Source of the DNA: Bacillales bacterium
Lineage (GTDB): Bacteria; Bacillota; Bacilli; JARBTR01
Direction of reading: 5' to 3'
Assembly (NCBI GenBank): GCA_031554185.1
Contig: JAVBKE010000140.1
Location: 6,719 to 70,718 of the forward strand
Length of the DNA: 64,000 nucleotides
Positions 9,491 to 19,075 of this stretch are shown one piece after another; position 1 is the first letter of the stretch, and every line of letters starts with the position of its first letter. Position numbers and translations under genes: made by a program. The notes beneath the pieces are model-generated. The model was not told the DNA's origin. It was given only the letters and a program-made list of their open reading frames with translations, and ran no database searches.

Positions 9491-10432
9491 ATGAAAGAGC
9501 AAATTTTCGTTTCAGGGCATAAGAATCCAGATACAGATACAATCTGTTCAGCGCTTGCTTATGCGAATTTTAAAAATAAACAATCTGGTGGTTGTAACTA
9601 TCTTCCGATTCGGTTGGGTAATGTTAGTAATGAGACAGGCTATGCACTTGATTATTTTAAGGTTGATGCACCGGTGCTTGTAGAGTCAATTGAGCCAGGG
9701 CAACGCTTGATTCAAGTTGATCATAATGAGAGCATTCAATCAGTAACAGGAATCGAGTCTGCGGAACTTCTAGAAATTATCGATCATCACCGTGTCAATG
9801 GGGTCTTCACAACTGGACCGCTATTGATTCGTATGGAACCAGTTGGCTGTACAGCGACAATTATTACAAAAATGTTTAGAGAGGAAAATATTGAGATTGA
9901 TGGACAAATAGCGGGGCTAATGATGAGTGCAATTATTTCGGATTCTCTATTATTTAAATCACCTACTTGCACAGCACTAGATGAAGCGACTTGCCGAGAA
10001 CTAGCCGCTATTGCTGGTGTGCCGGATGTTGAGGCTTATGGACTCGAAATGTTAAAGGCAGGGACTTCACTGAAAGGAAAATCAATTGAAGCGATTTTCA
10101 AAACTGATTTTAAAGACTTTGAAGTCGCGGGATTGAAATTCGGTGTTGCCCAGGTCAACACAATGGACATTGAAGGATTTCTTGGAGAGATGAAAGCCGA
10201 TATGTTGACCTATATGAATGAGCTTGTTTCTACTGGTAGCTATCAATTTCTTTTACTCGCATTGACAGACATTATCAAGGAAGGCTCGCAATTCATTGTA
10301 GCAGGCGATACGGCTCCAGTTGTACAAGCATACAAGATTACACTAGCTGATCAGACTGCCTATGTACCAGGAGTACTATCAAGAAAGAAACAAATTATTC
10401 CGGTTTTGACTGAGGTACTAACAGGTAAGTAA
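9491..10432 (+). CDS. ppaC: Manganese-dependent inorganic pyrophosphatase (family II, DHH)
   Basis: SGHKNPDTDTICSA and IDHHR DHH motifs plus a DHHA2 C-terminal domain; 313 aa. Confidence 0.9.
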   Translation: MKEQIFVSGHKNPDTDTICSALAYANFKNKQSGGCNYLPIRLGNVSNETGYALDYFKVDAPVLVESIEPGQRLIQVDHNESIQSVTGIESAELLEIIDHHRVNGVFTTGPLLIRMEPVGCTATIITKMFREENIEIDGQIAGLMMSAIISDSLLFKSPTCTALDEATCRELAAIAGVPDVEAYGLEMLKAGTSLKGKSIEAIFKTDFKDFEVAGLKFGVAQVNTMDIEGFLGEMKADMLTYMNELVSTGSYQFLLLALTDIIKEGSQFIVAGDTAPVVQAYKITLADQTAYVPGVLSRKKQIIPVLTEVLTGK

Positions 10433-10457
10433 TGAAGGGCGTTAACCAATAATTGAT

Positions 10458-10505
10458 AAAAGGCATATGAGCCAGTTCCTAGAACTGCATACTCGTATGC
10501 CTTTT
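10458..10505. terminator. Bidirectional terminator between convergent ppaC and ansA
   Basis: AAAAGGCATATGAG ... CTCGTATGCCTTTT, with an A-run and a T-run flanking the stem. Confidence 0.6.
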
Positions 10506-10513
10506 CTGCTCTT

Positions 10514-11488
10514 CTAGCGCATAAAAACGACTTGTAAATCACCAAACTTTCCCTCATGTGCAAGTGCGACTAATAGTTTAATCCTTGCTTTTTGTCCATT
10601 GAGACCATTAGAAAAAATTACGCCGCGTTCCTTTAAATCACGTCCGCCACCTTTATAACCATAGATATCTTGCGCGATGCCATTGAAACAGCGGGAGACG
10701 ATCACGATCGGGATATTTTTCTCAAGTAGTTTTGTTAATCCTGGTAATGTTGCAGGTGGCAAGTTTCCCTGGCCAAGAGCTTCAATGACCAGCCCATCAA
10801 TCTCCATGGATGCCAAAGCGTAAAATAGGCTCGAATCCATACCCGCATGCGCCTTAATTAATGGGACATTTTTATCAACATGTTTAATCGGGTATTTTTC
10901 ACCGCCTAGTGGCTGGTTATGAAAGGAAACACCACGTTTAGTGATAATTCCGATTGGGCCATATTGTGGACTTTGGAAAGTTGATAGATTACTTGTATGC
11001 GTTTTGGTGACGTTAATAGCAGCGTGAATTTCGTCATTCATGACAACAAGTACACCTTTACCAACCGATTGCTCATCTCCTGCGACTCTAATTGCATTCG
11101 TCAAATTAGATGGTCCGTCAGCACCAAGCTCATTACTGGATTTCATAGCACCTGTAATCACGATTGGAATGTCTAAATCAATGGTGAGATCAAGAAAATA
11201 TGCTGTTTCTTCAAGCGTATCTGTTCCATGTGTGATGACAATACCGGAAATCGCCATTTGCGACTGTTTTTCCTCGATTAATTGCTTCATTGAAAACATT
11301 TCTCTCGGTGTTATATGGGGAGAAGGGAGCTGAAATGGTTCCTCAACAATAAAATGAAATGTCATTGTATCCTCTAAAGCCTTGCTACTGATTGGATTTT
11401 TGACAGATTCAATAACCGAACCTGTCTTTTGATCCTCGACCATCGAAATTGTACCGCCTGTGTGGATAATTAAAATATTCTTTTTCAT
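10514..11488 (-). CDS. ansA: L-asparaginase, type I
   Basis: IIHTGGTISM and THGTDTLEET catalytic threonine motifs; 324 aa. Confidence 0.85.
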   Translation of the reverse strand: MKKNILIIHTGGTISMVEDQKTGSVIESVKNPISSKALEDTMTFHFIVEEPFQLPSPHITPREMFSMKQLIEEKQSQMAISGIVITHGTDTLEETAYFLDLTIDLDIPIVITGAMKSSNELGADGPSNLTNAIRVAGDEQSVGKGVLVVMNDEIHAAINVTKTHTSNLSTFQSPQYGPIGIITKRGVSFHNQPLGGEKYPIKHVDKNVPLIKAHAGMDSSLFYALASMEIDGLVIEALGQGNLPPATLPGLTKLLEKNIPIVIVSRCFNGIAQDIYGYKGGGRDLKERGVIFSNGLNGQKARIKLLVALAHEGKFGDLQVVFMR

Positions 11489-11741
11489 AATGCCACCTTT
11501 GTATATTAAATGATAACCTTTGATCCAATTTTACCACAATAGGTGGCAGTTGCGATGCAAAAATCTCGCAGTGAACGCGTGCGTTTCTATAGATTCTCGC
11601 TTGCTTTCCATATGCGATACCTTGCGTTTTCTTGATAGAAATGAAATAAAGGAAACAAAATAAAAAAACTTGTTGTATATTTTGTAAAGTTGAGGAAAAA
11701 ATAGGCTCACATAAGTATTTGAATAAGTGAGGGAGTTTTCT

Positions 11742-12791
11742 ATGAAAAAATACCTGATTCTTGGTGCCGCACTATCGATATTTCTTCATTTTCCTGTAGA
11801 GCAGGCATCTGCATTCTCTGGAAGTGATGTCATTAAAGGTGAAACTGGTAATGACGTTATTGAGTTACAAGCAAGGCTACAAAACATTGGCTATTATCAA
11901 GGGAAAATCGATGGTCTGTTTGGGTATGGTACCTATTGGGCTCTACGTAATTTTCAAAAAAACTTTGGTATGCCAATCACTGGTGTTGCAAATGCGCCAA
12001 CAAAAAAAATGCTTACCAAGGCTTCACATTATAATGAGGCCTGGGTTTTAGAACAAGTAAGGCTGGGAAATGAGTTTACCTATTATCAAGGTGTGCCAAT
12101 TGAAAAGCAAGTGAAGCTTCTACCAGCACAGAATAAACAATCAGCACCACCAACTAAAACGCCGGCCACACCAGCAAAACCACCGGCACCAGCTGCGCCA
12201 GCCGCACCACCGAAGCAACCGGCACCACCGGTAGCGCCGCCAAAGCAACCAGCACCAGCTGTACCACCCAAACAACCGGCACCAGTAGCACCAGTCGTGC
12301 CGCCTAAACAACCAGTGCCAGCTGCTCCGGCACCGAATAAACCAGCTGCGCCACCAGCGCCAGCAAAACCTACGGCACCAACCACGCCGACGACACCAGC
12401 ACCAGCGACCAATGAATCCGTGATTCCGCCAGGCTTCACTTCTAGTGAAATCCAGTTGTTGGCTAACGCAGTGTATGGTGAATCAAGAGGTGAGCCGTAT
12501 GAAGGACAGGTAGCTGTAGCAGCTGTTATTCTTAACCGGGTGGAAAGTTCGTCTTTTCCAAATACTGTATCTGGTGTCATCTATCAGCCAGGCGCTTTTG
12601 TCGCTGTGGCGGATGGGCAAATTAACCTAACGCCAAACGAAACAGCTAAGAGAGCCGTTATTGATGCAATAAATGGCTGGGACCCAGTAGAAAACGCAAT
12701 TTACTATTTTAATCCGGAGACTGCTACAAACCAATGGATTTGGGGTCGACCACAAATCAAACAAATTGGTAAGCACATCTTCTGCCGCTAG
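11742..12791 (+). CDS. sleB: Spore cortex-lytic enzyme SleB with an expanded Pro-rich linker
   Basis: Signal peptide, PG_binding_1 repeat (GNDVIELQARLQNIGYYQGKIDGLFG) and the SleB hydrolase domain (ANAVYGESRGEPYEGQVAVAAVILNR). ATG 11742 follows GAGGGAG. It is followed by ypeB. Confidence 0.85.
   Translation: MKKYLILGAALSIFLHFPVEQASAFSGSDVIKGETGNDVIELQARLQNIGYYQGKIDGLFGYGTYWALRNFQKNFGMPITGVANAPTKKMLTKASHYNEAWVLEQVRLGNEFTYYQGVPIEKQVKLLPAQNKQSAPPTKTPATPAKPPAPAAPAAPPKQPAPPVAPPKQPAPAVPPKQPAPVAPVVPPKQPVPAAPAPNKPAAPPAPAKPTAPTTPTTPAPATNESVIPPGFTSSEIQLLANAVYGESRGEPYEGQVAVAAVILNRVESSSFPNTVSGVIYQPGAFVAVADGQINLTPNETAKRAVIDAINGWDPVENAIYYFNPETATNQWIWGRPQIKQIGKHIFCR
12141..12410 (+). repeat. Pro/Ala-rich tandem coding repeats (PPKQPAP x4 and relatives) inside sleB
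   Basis: Amino acids ~139-228 read SAPPTKTPATPAKPPAPAAPAAPPKQPAPPVAPPKQPAPAVPPKQPAPVAPVVPPKQPVPAAPAPNKPAAPPAPAKPTAPTTPTTPAPA. This is a local GC-rich island. Confidence 0.9.
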
Positions 12792-12888
12792 GGCGCCGTT
12801 TTAGAATATTTTTTAGGCATTTAAATGTGATGACAATACAAATTTTCACTTGTCGTCACGTCACCTTTGTAAATAGGAGTGAGATCAA

Positions 12889-14229
12889 TTGTTCCGAAAT
12901 ATAATTATTGTCGTCCTTACACTAGGACTTGTTGGGACTGGCTTTTGGATTTACGATACGAATCAAGAAGTAGAGCAGTTGGAAACGAAAGTTGAAAACA
13001 ATTATCAGAGAGCTTTTAATAACTTCAATGACGACATCAATGCGATTCATGATAAAATTGGCACCACACTAGCAATGAATTCACGTAGTTCACTGTCCCC
13101 AGCACTAACTGATGTGTGGCGGATCACTTATAATGCGAATACCAATCTGGCTCAGTTACCGTTGGGACAGATACACTTTAATAAAACAGAGGCGTTTCTC
13201 ACTGATATTGGTGCTTTTGCATACAGAACATCAACGCGGGATCTAGATGAAAATCCACTAACCGCGGAAGAGCGCAATACGTTAGAGAGTCTATATAAAC
13301 GTTCTGGGAAAATGCTATCGGAAATTCAAAAAGTGCAAACAGAAGTAGCTGCTGATGGAGCAAAATGGTCTGATATTGAAGCAGAGACGGTTTCAGCAAA
13401 TCAAGAAGCAGTAAATAACCAAATTGTCGATGGTTTTAAATCGATTGAGAAAAATGTCGCAGGTTACGATACACAAAGTGATTTTGGTCAAGATTTCTCA
13501 ACCGCGCTGATTCAGACAAAAACCTTTGAAAATGCTACAGGCGATCCAATCAGCAAAGACGAAGCGGTTAACATGGCGGAATCTTTTATAGGTGTAACCA
13601 ATACTTCGGATGTGAAGGTCACATCGAATAAAGAAGGATCACCATATGGGTTCTACTCAGTCAGCTTTGTCGATTCGAAAACAGGTATTGCGTATACGAT
13701 GGACCTCACAAAAAAAGGTGGGCATCCTATCTATTACCTAAGCAATCGTGATGTCAAAGCGCAGAAAATCAGTGTCAGTGATGCAGCGACAAAAGCGGAT
13801 ACGATTTTAAAACAGCGAGGATTAAATGATCTTCAGCTAATTGAAACAGCGCAGTATGGATCATCTGTGTTTCTCACATACACACATGTTGAAAATGGCG
13901 TGCGGATTTATCCTGACACCATCAAAGTGAAAATGGCGCTTGACGTCAATAAAGTAATAGCATTCACGGCGGCAGATTACGTGGAGAATAAGAAACCGAG
14001 AACGAATTTAACACCAACGATTACAGAGCAAGAGGCACGTGCTAAGATTAGTCCGAGTGTAGAAGTGATGGAGCACTATGTTTCACTGATTGCAAAAAGT
14101 AACCAAGAAGAAGTACTCTGCCACGAATTCCTTGGTACAATTAATAAGGATACCTACCGGATCTTCATCAACGCTCAAACGGGCGATGAGGAATTGGTAG
14201 AACAAATTAAGGGACCTAGCAAAATGTAA
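12889..14229 (+). CDS. ypeB: Germination protein YpeB
   Basis: N-terminal TM segment and PepSY-like C-terminal repeats. TTG start after AGGAG. sleB-ypeB pairing as in B. subtilis. Confidence 0.85.
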   Translation: MFRNIIIVVLTLGLVGTGFWIYDTNQEVEQLETKVENNYQRAFNNFNDDINAIHDKIGTTLAMNSRSSLSPALTDVWRITYNANTNLAQLPLGQIHFNKTEAFLTDIGAFAYRTSTRDLDENPLTAEERNTLESLYKRSGKMLSEIQKVQTEVAADGAKWSDIEAETVSANQEAVNNQIVDGFKSIEKNVAGYDTQSDFGQDFSTALIQTKTFENATGDPISKDEAVNMAESFIGVTNTSDVKVTSNKEGSPYGFYSVSFVDSKTGIAYTMDLTKKGGHPIYYLSNRDVKAQKISVSDAATKADTILKQRGLNDLQLIETAQYGSSVFLTYTHVENGVRIYPDTIKVKMALDVNKVIAFTAADYVENKKPRTNLTPTITEQEARAKISPSVEVMEHYVSLIAKSNQEEVLCHEFLGTINKDTYRIFINAQTGDEELVEQIKGPSKM

Positions 14230-14270
14230 GCTAGAAGCGGCTTAGTTACAAAGGCATGATAACGGATGAA

Positions 14271-14315
14271 AAAAGGAATAAATAGTTGTCTACGGATGAT
14301 TGTTTATTCCTTTTT
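14271..14315 (+). terminator. Intrinsic terminator after ypeB
   Basis: GGAATAAA ... TTTATTCC followed by T5. Confidence 0.7.
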
Positions 14316-14473
14316 CTTATTTTGCATTTTATTGATAAATGGTCTTTACTTAACGCTATCTGTCACAACTTCTTAACAGAAAAATTAAACCCCATTGCAT
14401 TTTTCTTCAATTAACTATCCTAGGCGGCCAATTTAAATTGTGTTAGAATAATATGAATGCTTTTTTGGAGGTT

Positions 14474-15154
14474 ATGATGAACAAAAAAATTTCAATTGCA
14501 ATCGATGGGCCAGCGGGCTCAGGGAAGAGTACGGTGGCAAAGATTGTCGCCACTAAGCTTGGTTTTCTGTACATAGATACTGGTGCCATGTACCGCGCTT
14601 TTACCTTAAAAGCATTACAATCAGGAATTGATTTATATGATGAACAATCACTTAAAAAAATTTTGCTAGAGACATCGATCACTTTGCAAACAGATGGTTC
14701 AGGACAAGAAGTATTTTTAGATCATGAGAATGTGACTGTCGCGATTCGTTCTGCAGAAGTGACTGCCAATGTATCAATTATTTCACTTCACAAACCAATT
14801 CGTGAAGAATTGGTTAAAAGACAGCGTATGCTGGGTGACCAAGGTGGCGTTGTCATGGATGGTCGTGATATTGGTACAATTGTTTTGCCCCGTGCAGAGG
14901 TGAAAGTGTTCCTTGTTGCCTCAGCCGAAGTGCGCGCTATGCGTCGTTATGAGGAAAACATTCGAAAAGATATCCCAACAGGTCCAGTTGAACAATTGAT
15001 TGAAGAAATCAACAAGCGTGATCATCTAGATTCTACAAGAGATGAGTCTCCACTTGTTCAAGCACCAGGTGCGATGCGATTAGATACAACTTCGTTATCG
15101 ATTGAGCAAGTCGTTGAAAACATCATCGATTTAGCGAATCAAAAAGCGATATAA
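14474..15154 (+). CDS. cmk: Cytidylate kinase
   Basis: IAIDGPAGSGKSTVAK P-loop; 226 aa. GGAGG lies just upstream, so the start could be 14474 or 14477. Confidence 0.9.
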   Translation: MMNKKISIAIDGPAGSGKSTVAKIVATKLGFLYIDTGAMYRAFTLKALQSGIDLYDEQSLKKILLETSITLQTDGSGQEVFLDHENVTVAIRSAEVTANVSIISLHKPIREELVKRQRMLGDQGGVVMDGRDIGTIVLPRAEVKVFLVASAEVRAMRRYEENIRKDIPTGPVEQLIEEINKRDHLDSTRDESPLVQAPGAMRLDTTSLSIEQVVENIIDLANQKAI

Positions 15155-15200
15155 CCCGTGATTAGTTAAAAGAACGCCAAAAGGGATTTGAGGGATTATT

Positions 15201-15782
15201 ATGTGGTTTTACAGATTAGGTCGTGCAGTTGTCAAAGTATATATGCTCGTGTTATATCAACCAAAGGTAATCGGACTTGAAAACATTCCAGAACGTGGAA
15301 GTGTGCTATTATGTCCGAATCATATTAGCAACATGGATCCACCGATCGTAGCAACTTCCTGTAAGCGAAGTATTCACTTTATGGCGAAGAAAGAAATTTT
15401 TGAGGTACCTGTACTTAAGCACATTGTTCGCTGGGCAAAAGTAATTCCCGTTAACAGAGGTGCTGTTGACCGCGAAACCCTGCGGCAAGGCTTATCCGCT
15501 CTAAAAAACGAAAGGATACTTTGCATATTTCCTGAAGGAACTGCGATTCGAACAGGAGAGCTAGGGAAAGGGATGGCCGGTGCAGGTTTTTTCGCACTCA
15601 AATCCAATACAGCTGTTGTCCCTTGCGCAATCATGGGACCATATAAATTTTTCGGTCGTCCGAAAATAGTTTATGGGAAACCAATTGACCTCGAACCACT
15701 ACGAGAGACGAAAGCATCTGCTGAAGTCGTTGTAGATACCATTATGAATGAGATAGGGAAACTGATTGAAAATAATCGATAA
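15201..15782 (+). CDS. plsC: 1-acyl-sn-glycerol-3-phosphate acyltransferase
   Basis: NHISNMDP (HX4D) and FPEGT motifs. Confidence 0.85.
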   Translation: MWFYRLGRAVVKVYMLVLYQPKVIGLENIPERGSVLLCPNHISNMDPPIVATSCKRSIHFMAKKEIFEVPVLKHIVRWAKVIPVNRGAVDRETLRQGLSALKNERILCIFPEGTAIRTGELGKGMAGAGFFALKSNTAVVPCAIMGPYKFFGRPKIVYGKPIDLEPLRETKASAEVVVDTIMNEIGKLIENNR

Positions 15783-15856
15783 CCTTTAAGATAAAAAATT
15801 TTTATTTGAAGAGACCGCATTGTTGAACACTTTGGCTACTAATTGAAGAAAAAATA

Positions 15857-15885
15857 CTGACAAACAATTAATTTTCTCATAAAAT
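15857..15885 (+). promoter_or_regulatory. Candidate sigma-A promoter of rpsA
   Basis: CTGACA, 17 nt, TAAAAT. Confidence 0.5.
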
Positions 15886-15930
15886 TATGTTAAGATTAAT
15901 AGGATAGTGATAATTTAGGAGGAATCCCTG

Positions 15931-17223
15931 ATGACAGAAGAAACTAAAGAAAACTTACTTGAGCAAACGGAGATTACTAAAGAGGAAGTCGCTTCTCAAG
16001 CAATGCCAGCGGACGAAAAGCAAGTCGTAGCAGCTGAACAAGAACAAGAAATTGTCACTGTTACAGCCGAGCCAACTTCAATGGAACAACTGGCTGAAGA
16101 AATGCTTAGCTTACCGCAATTTGAAGTGGGACAAGCAGTTACTGGTGTTGTTTCAAGCCTTGAAGAAAAACATGCAAAAGTAGCTATCGACAATTGTGAA
16201 TTTGACTGCATTATTCCAGTGAGAGAGCTTTCTATCTCACGCAGTGAACAAGTTACAGACGCAGTTTCAATTGGTGATGAGGTACAATTAGTTGTGATTA
16301 AGGTAGAGGAGAACGCTGTGATTTTATCAAAAAGAGCAGTTGACTTGATAAGCGTTTGGGAATCCCTTGTAACAAAGTTTGAGCGTGGCGAAGTTTTTGA
16401 AGCTACCGTTACTGAAGTGGTAAAAGGCGGGCTCGTAGTTGATATTGGGCTAAGAGGGTTCATTCCTGCGTCAATGGTAGATGATAAATATGTTGAAGAT
16501 CTTTCAATCTATCAAGACCAATCACTTTCATTGAAGATTATGGAAATGGATGAAGAAAAAAGTCGCGTGATACTTTCACACCGTGAAGTCTTACGTGAGC
16601 AAAAAGTAGAAAATGAAAAAGCAGTGATGACATCACTCACAGTTGGTGCCATTGTAGAAGGTACTGTTGCTAGACTTGCTAATTTCGGTGCTTTTGTTGA
16701 CATTGGCGGGGTAGAAGGACTTGTACATGTCTCTCAGATTAGCCATCAGCGGGTCAATGAACCATCCGAATGCCTAACAGCAGGTGATGTTATTCAAGTG
16801 AAAATTCTAAGTATTGATAAGGAAGCAGGTCGTATTTCTTTATCAATTAAAGATACATTGCCAGGACCTTGGGAAGCCAATCTTGACCAGTTAAAAGTAG
16901 GGCAAGTATTCGAAGGAACTGTCAAACGATTAGTTGATTTCGGCGCATTTGTGGAAGTGCTTCCTGGAGTTGAGGGATTGGTACACATTTCCCAAATTGC
17001 TCATGAGCACATTAAAACACCGCATGAAGTGCTGAGTGAAGGAAGCACAGTAAATGTGAAAGTCTTGAAAGTGGACAATGAAAGTCAAAAACTTTCACTA
17101 AGTATCAAGGAGCTTCTTGAGAATCCTGAAGCTGAAATTACTGATTTTGAACTTCCAGAAGAATCAACTGGCTTTTCAATTGGCGAATTGTTTGCAGATC
17201 AGTTAAAAGGATTTAAAGAATAA
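15931..17223 (+). CDS. rpsA: 30S ribosomal protein S1 homologue (YpfD type)
   Basis: Four S1 repeats (for example GTVARLANFGAFVDIGGVEGLVHVSQIS) with an acidic N-terminal extension of about 50 aa. Confidence 0.9.
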   Translation: MTEETKENLLEQTEITKEEVASQAMPADEKQVVAAEQEQEIVTVTAEPTSMEQLAEEMLSLPQFEVGQAVTGVVSSLEEKHAKVAIDNCEFDCIIPVRELSISRSEQVTDAVSIGDEVQLVVIKVEENAVILSKRAVDLISVWESLVTKFERGEVFEATVTEVVKGGLVVDIGLRGFIPASMVDDKYVEDLSIYQDQSLSLKIMEMDEEKSRVILSHREVLREQKVENEKAVMTSLTVGAIVEGTVARLANFGAFVDIGGVEGLVHVSQISHQRVNEPSECLTAGDVIQVKILSIDKEAGRISLSIKDTLPGPWEANLDQLKVGQVFEGTVKRLVDFGAFVEVLPGVEGLVHISQIAHEHIKTPHEVLSEGSTVNVKVLKVDNESQKLSLSIKELLENPEAEITDFELPEESTGFSIGELFADQLKGFKE

Positions 17224-17232
17224 ACAATCAAC

Positions 17233-17260
17233 AAAAAAGCAGCCGTTTGGCTGTTTTTTT
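17233..17260 (+). terminator. Intrinsic terminator after rpsA
   Basis: AAAAAAGCAGCC gttt GGCTGTTTTTTT. Confidence 0.75.
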
Positions 17261-17378
17261 GTTGATTCTATACGCCAACATCTGTGTGAATTGTATGGTT
17301 CGTAGCAGCCAATTAAGAGACTGAAATATCATACTAAAAACGAGGAGGTCCTTTTAGATAGAAGACTTCCTTTTTCAA

Positions 17379-17501
17379 TTATTTTTTCTCTTTATTTTGG
17401 GTTTCTAGCTTTGTTGCACCTGGATAGGTAATTGCCTGATCACGATCCGATTCCACTTTTTTGCTTTGCTTCAGTTTCTTTTCCTGACGATCTTTTCCCA
17501 C
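17379..17501 (-). CDS. Small, highly charged 40-aa protein (possibly YpzI family), not in ORF track
   Basis: GTG 17501 sits 9 nt after GGAAGGA. Translates to MGKDRQEKKLKQSKKVESDRDQAITYPGATKLETQNKEKK with a TAA stop. An alternative ATG lies at 17519. The family name is from memory and is unverified. Confidence 0.5.
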   Translation of the reverse strand: MGKDRQEKKLKQSKKVESDRDQAITYPGATKLETQNKEKK

Positions 17502-17606
17502 TAATATCAATCCTTCCATTGAGATTTGTACACCATATTTTCACCATTTTTATCATTTTTGATTAAAAAAATTTTTGGGTAGGCATAATGGTATGGGGTG
17601 AGCAAA

Positions 17607-18176
17607 ATGGATGGATTGATTTTTTATGGAATCATGTGGTTCCTAGTGATTTACACATATTTTTTTACGAATAGCAATTGGACTTATCGAAATCATTTTT
17701 TATGGTCGATACTTCTATTTATTATGATGTCACCGGTTTATACATATGTAGGCCTGTTTCCTATTTCAGGCGCGCTACTGTTAGCTTTTTGCATTTTTAC
17801 CTATCGTGTTGGTAAGTACAACAATCGTCAAATTTTTTCAATCGTAACGGGTGTTTGTATTGTGTGTATTGCGATTGTTTCGATTAATTTACTCATGTTC
17901 GTACATCCAGTCTGGCATATTTTTAACGATCAGGTTGCCCAATCTATCTTGCTCTTTCTAATGATTGCGCTCACTTGTAAAAGTAAAATTGATCGACTTA
18001 TTATCTTAATTTTTGGCGCATCTTTGGCTAGTTATTTGATTAGTATTGTCAGCATGAAGCTTAGTCATGAACCATATGATATGCATTTGGTCATTCTTGA
18101 TACAATGGCGATTATCTTTTTTATCACTTTTGTTCAGTTTCGCTTTCATTCACAGTTACAAAAATCTTATCTATAA
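17607..18176 (+). CDS. yphA: Polytopic membrane protein, YphA-like
   Basis: About 6 TM segments. Its position between rpsA and the YIEGIA gene matches B. subtilis yphA. The start is ATG 17607 or GTG 17598. Confidence 0.6.
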   Translation: MDGLIFYGIMWFLVIYTYFFTNSNWTYRNHFLWSILLFIMMSPVYTYVGLFPISGALLLAFCIFTYRVGKYNNRQIFSIVTGVCIVCIAIVSINLLMFVHPVWHIFNDQVAQSILLFLMIALTCKSKIDRLIILIFGASLASYLISIVSMKLSHEPYDMHLVILDTMAIIFFITFVQFRFHSQLQKSYL

Positions 18177-18188
18177 GGAGCCCCCAAT

Positions 18189-19055
18189 ATGGCACTTTAT
18201 GCGCAAGCAATACTCTTTGGAATAGGCTGTGGCGTGACAATTCGTTTATTTATGATGCGAACAGATTACAGGCAATATCCAACTTATTTGCATGGAAAAA
18301 TTGTCCATGTTTCATTAGGTGTCATTGCCGCTGGGCTTGGTTCTATTTTCATGCCAGCCATTTTAATGAAAGATTACACGGCGATCACTTTCCTGACACT
18401 GGCGGCGACACAGTTCCGCGATGTACGAACGATGGAAAGAAATACACTTTTGCAGCTGGATACTTTTGAGCTCGTTCCTCGAGGGAAAACCTATATTGAA
18501 GGGATTGCAATCGCTTTTGAAAGCCGTAATTATTTGGTGATTTTCGCATCACTGGTATCTACTTCTGTTTATATTTATGGTAACTGGCTGGTGACAATAC
18601 CTGTGGTGCTAACGATTGCGTTAATCTGCAGAAAGTTAATGAGTGGCAAACGATTACGCGATATTTGCGTGATTCATGCAGCACCAATTAAATTTATCAA
18701 TGCCGGACTCTATGTTGATAACATCTATATGATGAACATTGGTCACCCCGATCGCCAGCATGAGGTGATGGAATTTGGGCTTGGTTTTGTTGTCTCACCC
18801 AAAAATTTTAATACAAGACATAGTTTAGCGAACCTTGGTCAACGGCAAGCGATTTTGCATGACACAGCTGCAGCCTTAGGCATTTATCGCGATTCTGGCA
18901 CGCCGAGTTTATCACCGCTGATTAAACGAGACTTACAAGGGGGCCGTGTTGGTGTATTTATTTTGCCACAGATTCGCAATACCCAAAGAGCGATTGAAGT
19001 GATAGGTTCCGTACCAGTACTTGAAAATGCGATCAAAATGCCTGATACAAATTAA
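18189..19055 (+). CDS. seaA: YIEGIA-family membrane protein (SeaA/YphB-like)
   Basis: Contains the literal family signature KTYIEGIAIAFE; 288 aa; AAGGAG SD. Confidence 0.75.
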   Translation: MALYAQAILFGIGCGVTIRLFMMRTDYRQYPTYLHGKIVHVSLGVIAAGLGSIFMPAILMKDYTAITFLTLAATQFRDVRTMERNTLLQLDTFELVPRGKTYIEGIAIAFESRNYLVIFASLVSTSVYIYGNWLVTIPVVLTIALICRKLMSGKRLRDICVIHAAPIKFINAGLYVDNIYMMNIGHPDRQHEVMEFGLGFVVSPKNFNTRHSLANLGQRQAILHDTAAALGIYRDSGTPSLSPLIKRDLQGGRVGVFILPQIRNTQRAIEVIGSVPVLENAIKMPDTN

Positions 19056-19075
19056 ATATATGGGAGGGATAGCAG

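Noticed and set aside
12086-12580. 164-aa minus-strand ORF rich in G/A/T residues
   Set aside because: It is the antisense reading of the Pro/Ala-rich repeat of sleB. It has no SD, is low-complexity, and is fully contained in a well-supported gene.
15996-16463. 155-aa antisense ORF inside rpsA, plus similar antisense ORFs inside polC, truB, pnp, nusA, arcB, dtpT and ctp
   Set aside because: They are embedded opposite strongly supported genes, are Ser/Thr/Cys-rich and low-complexity, and lack SD sequences. They are typical shadow ORFs.
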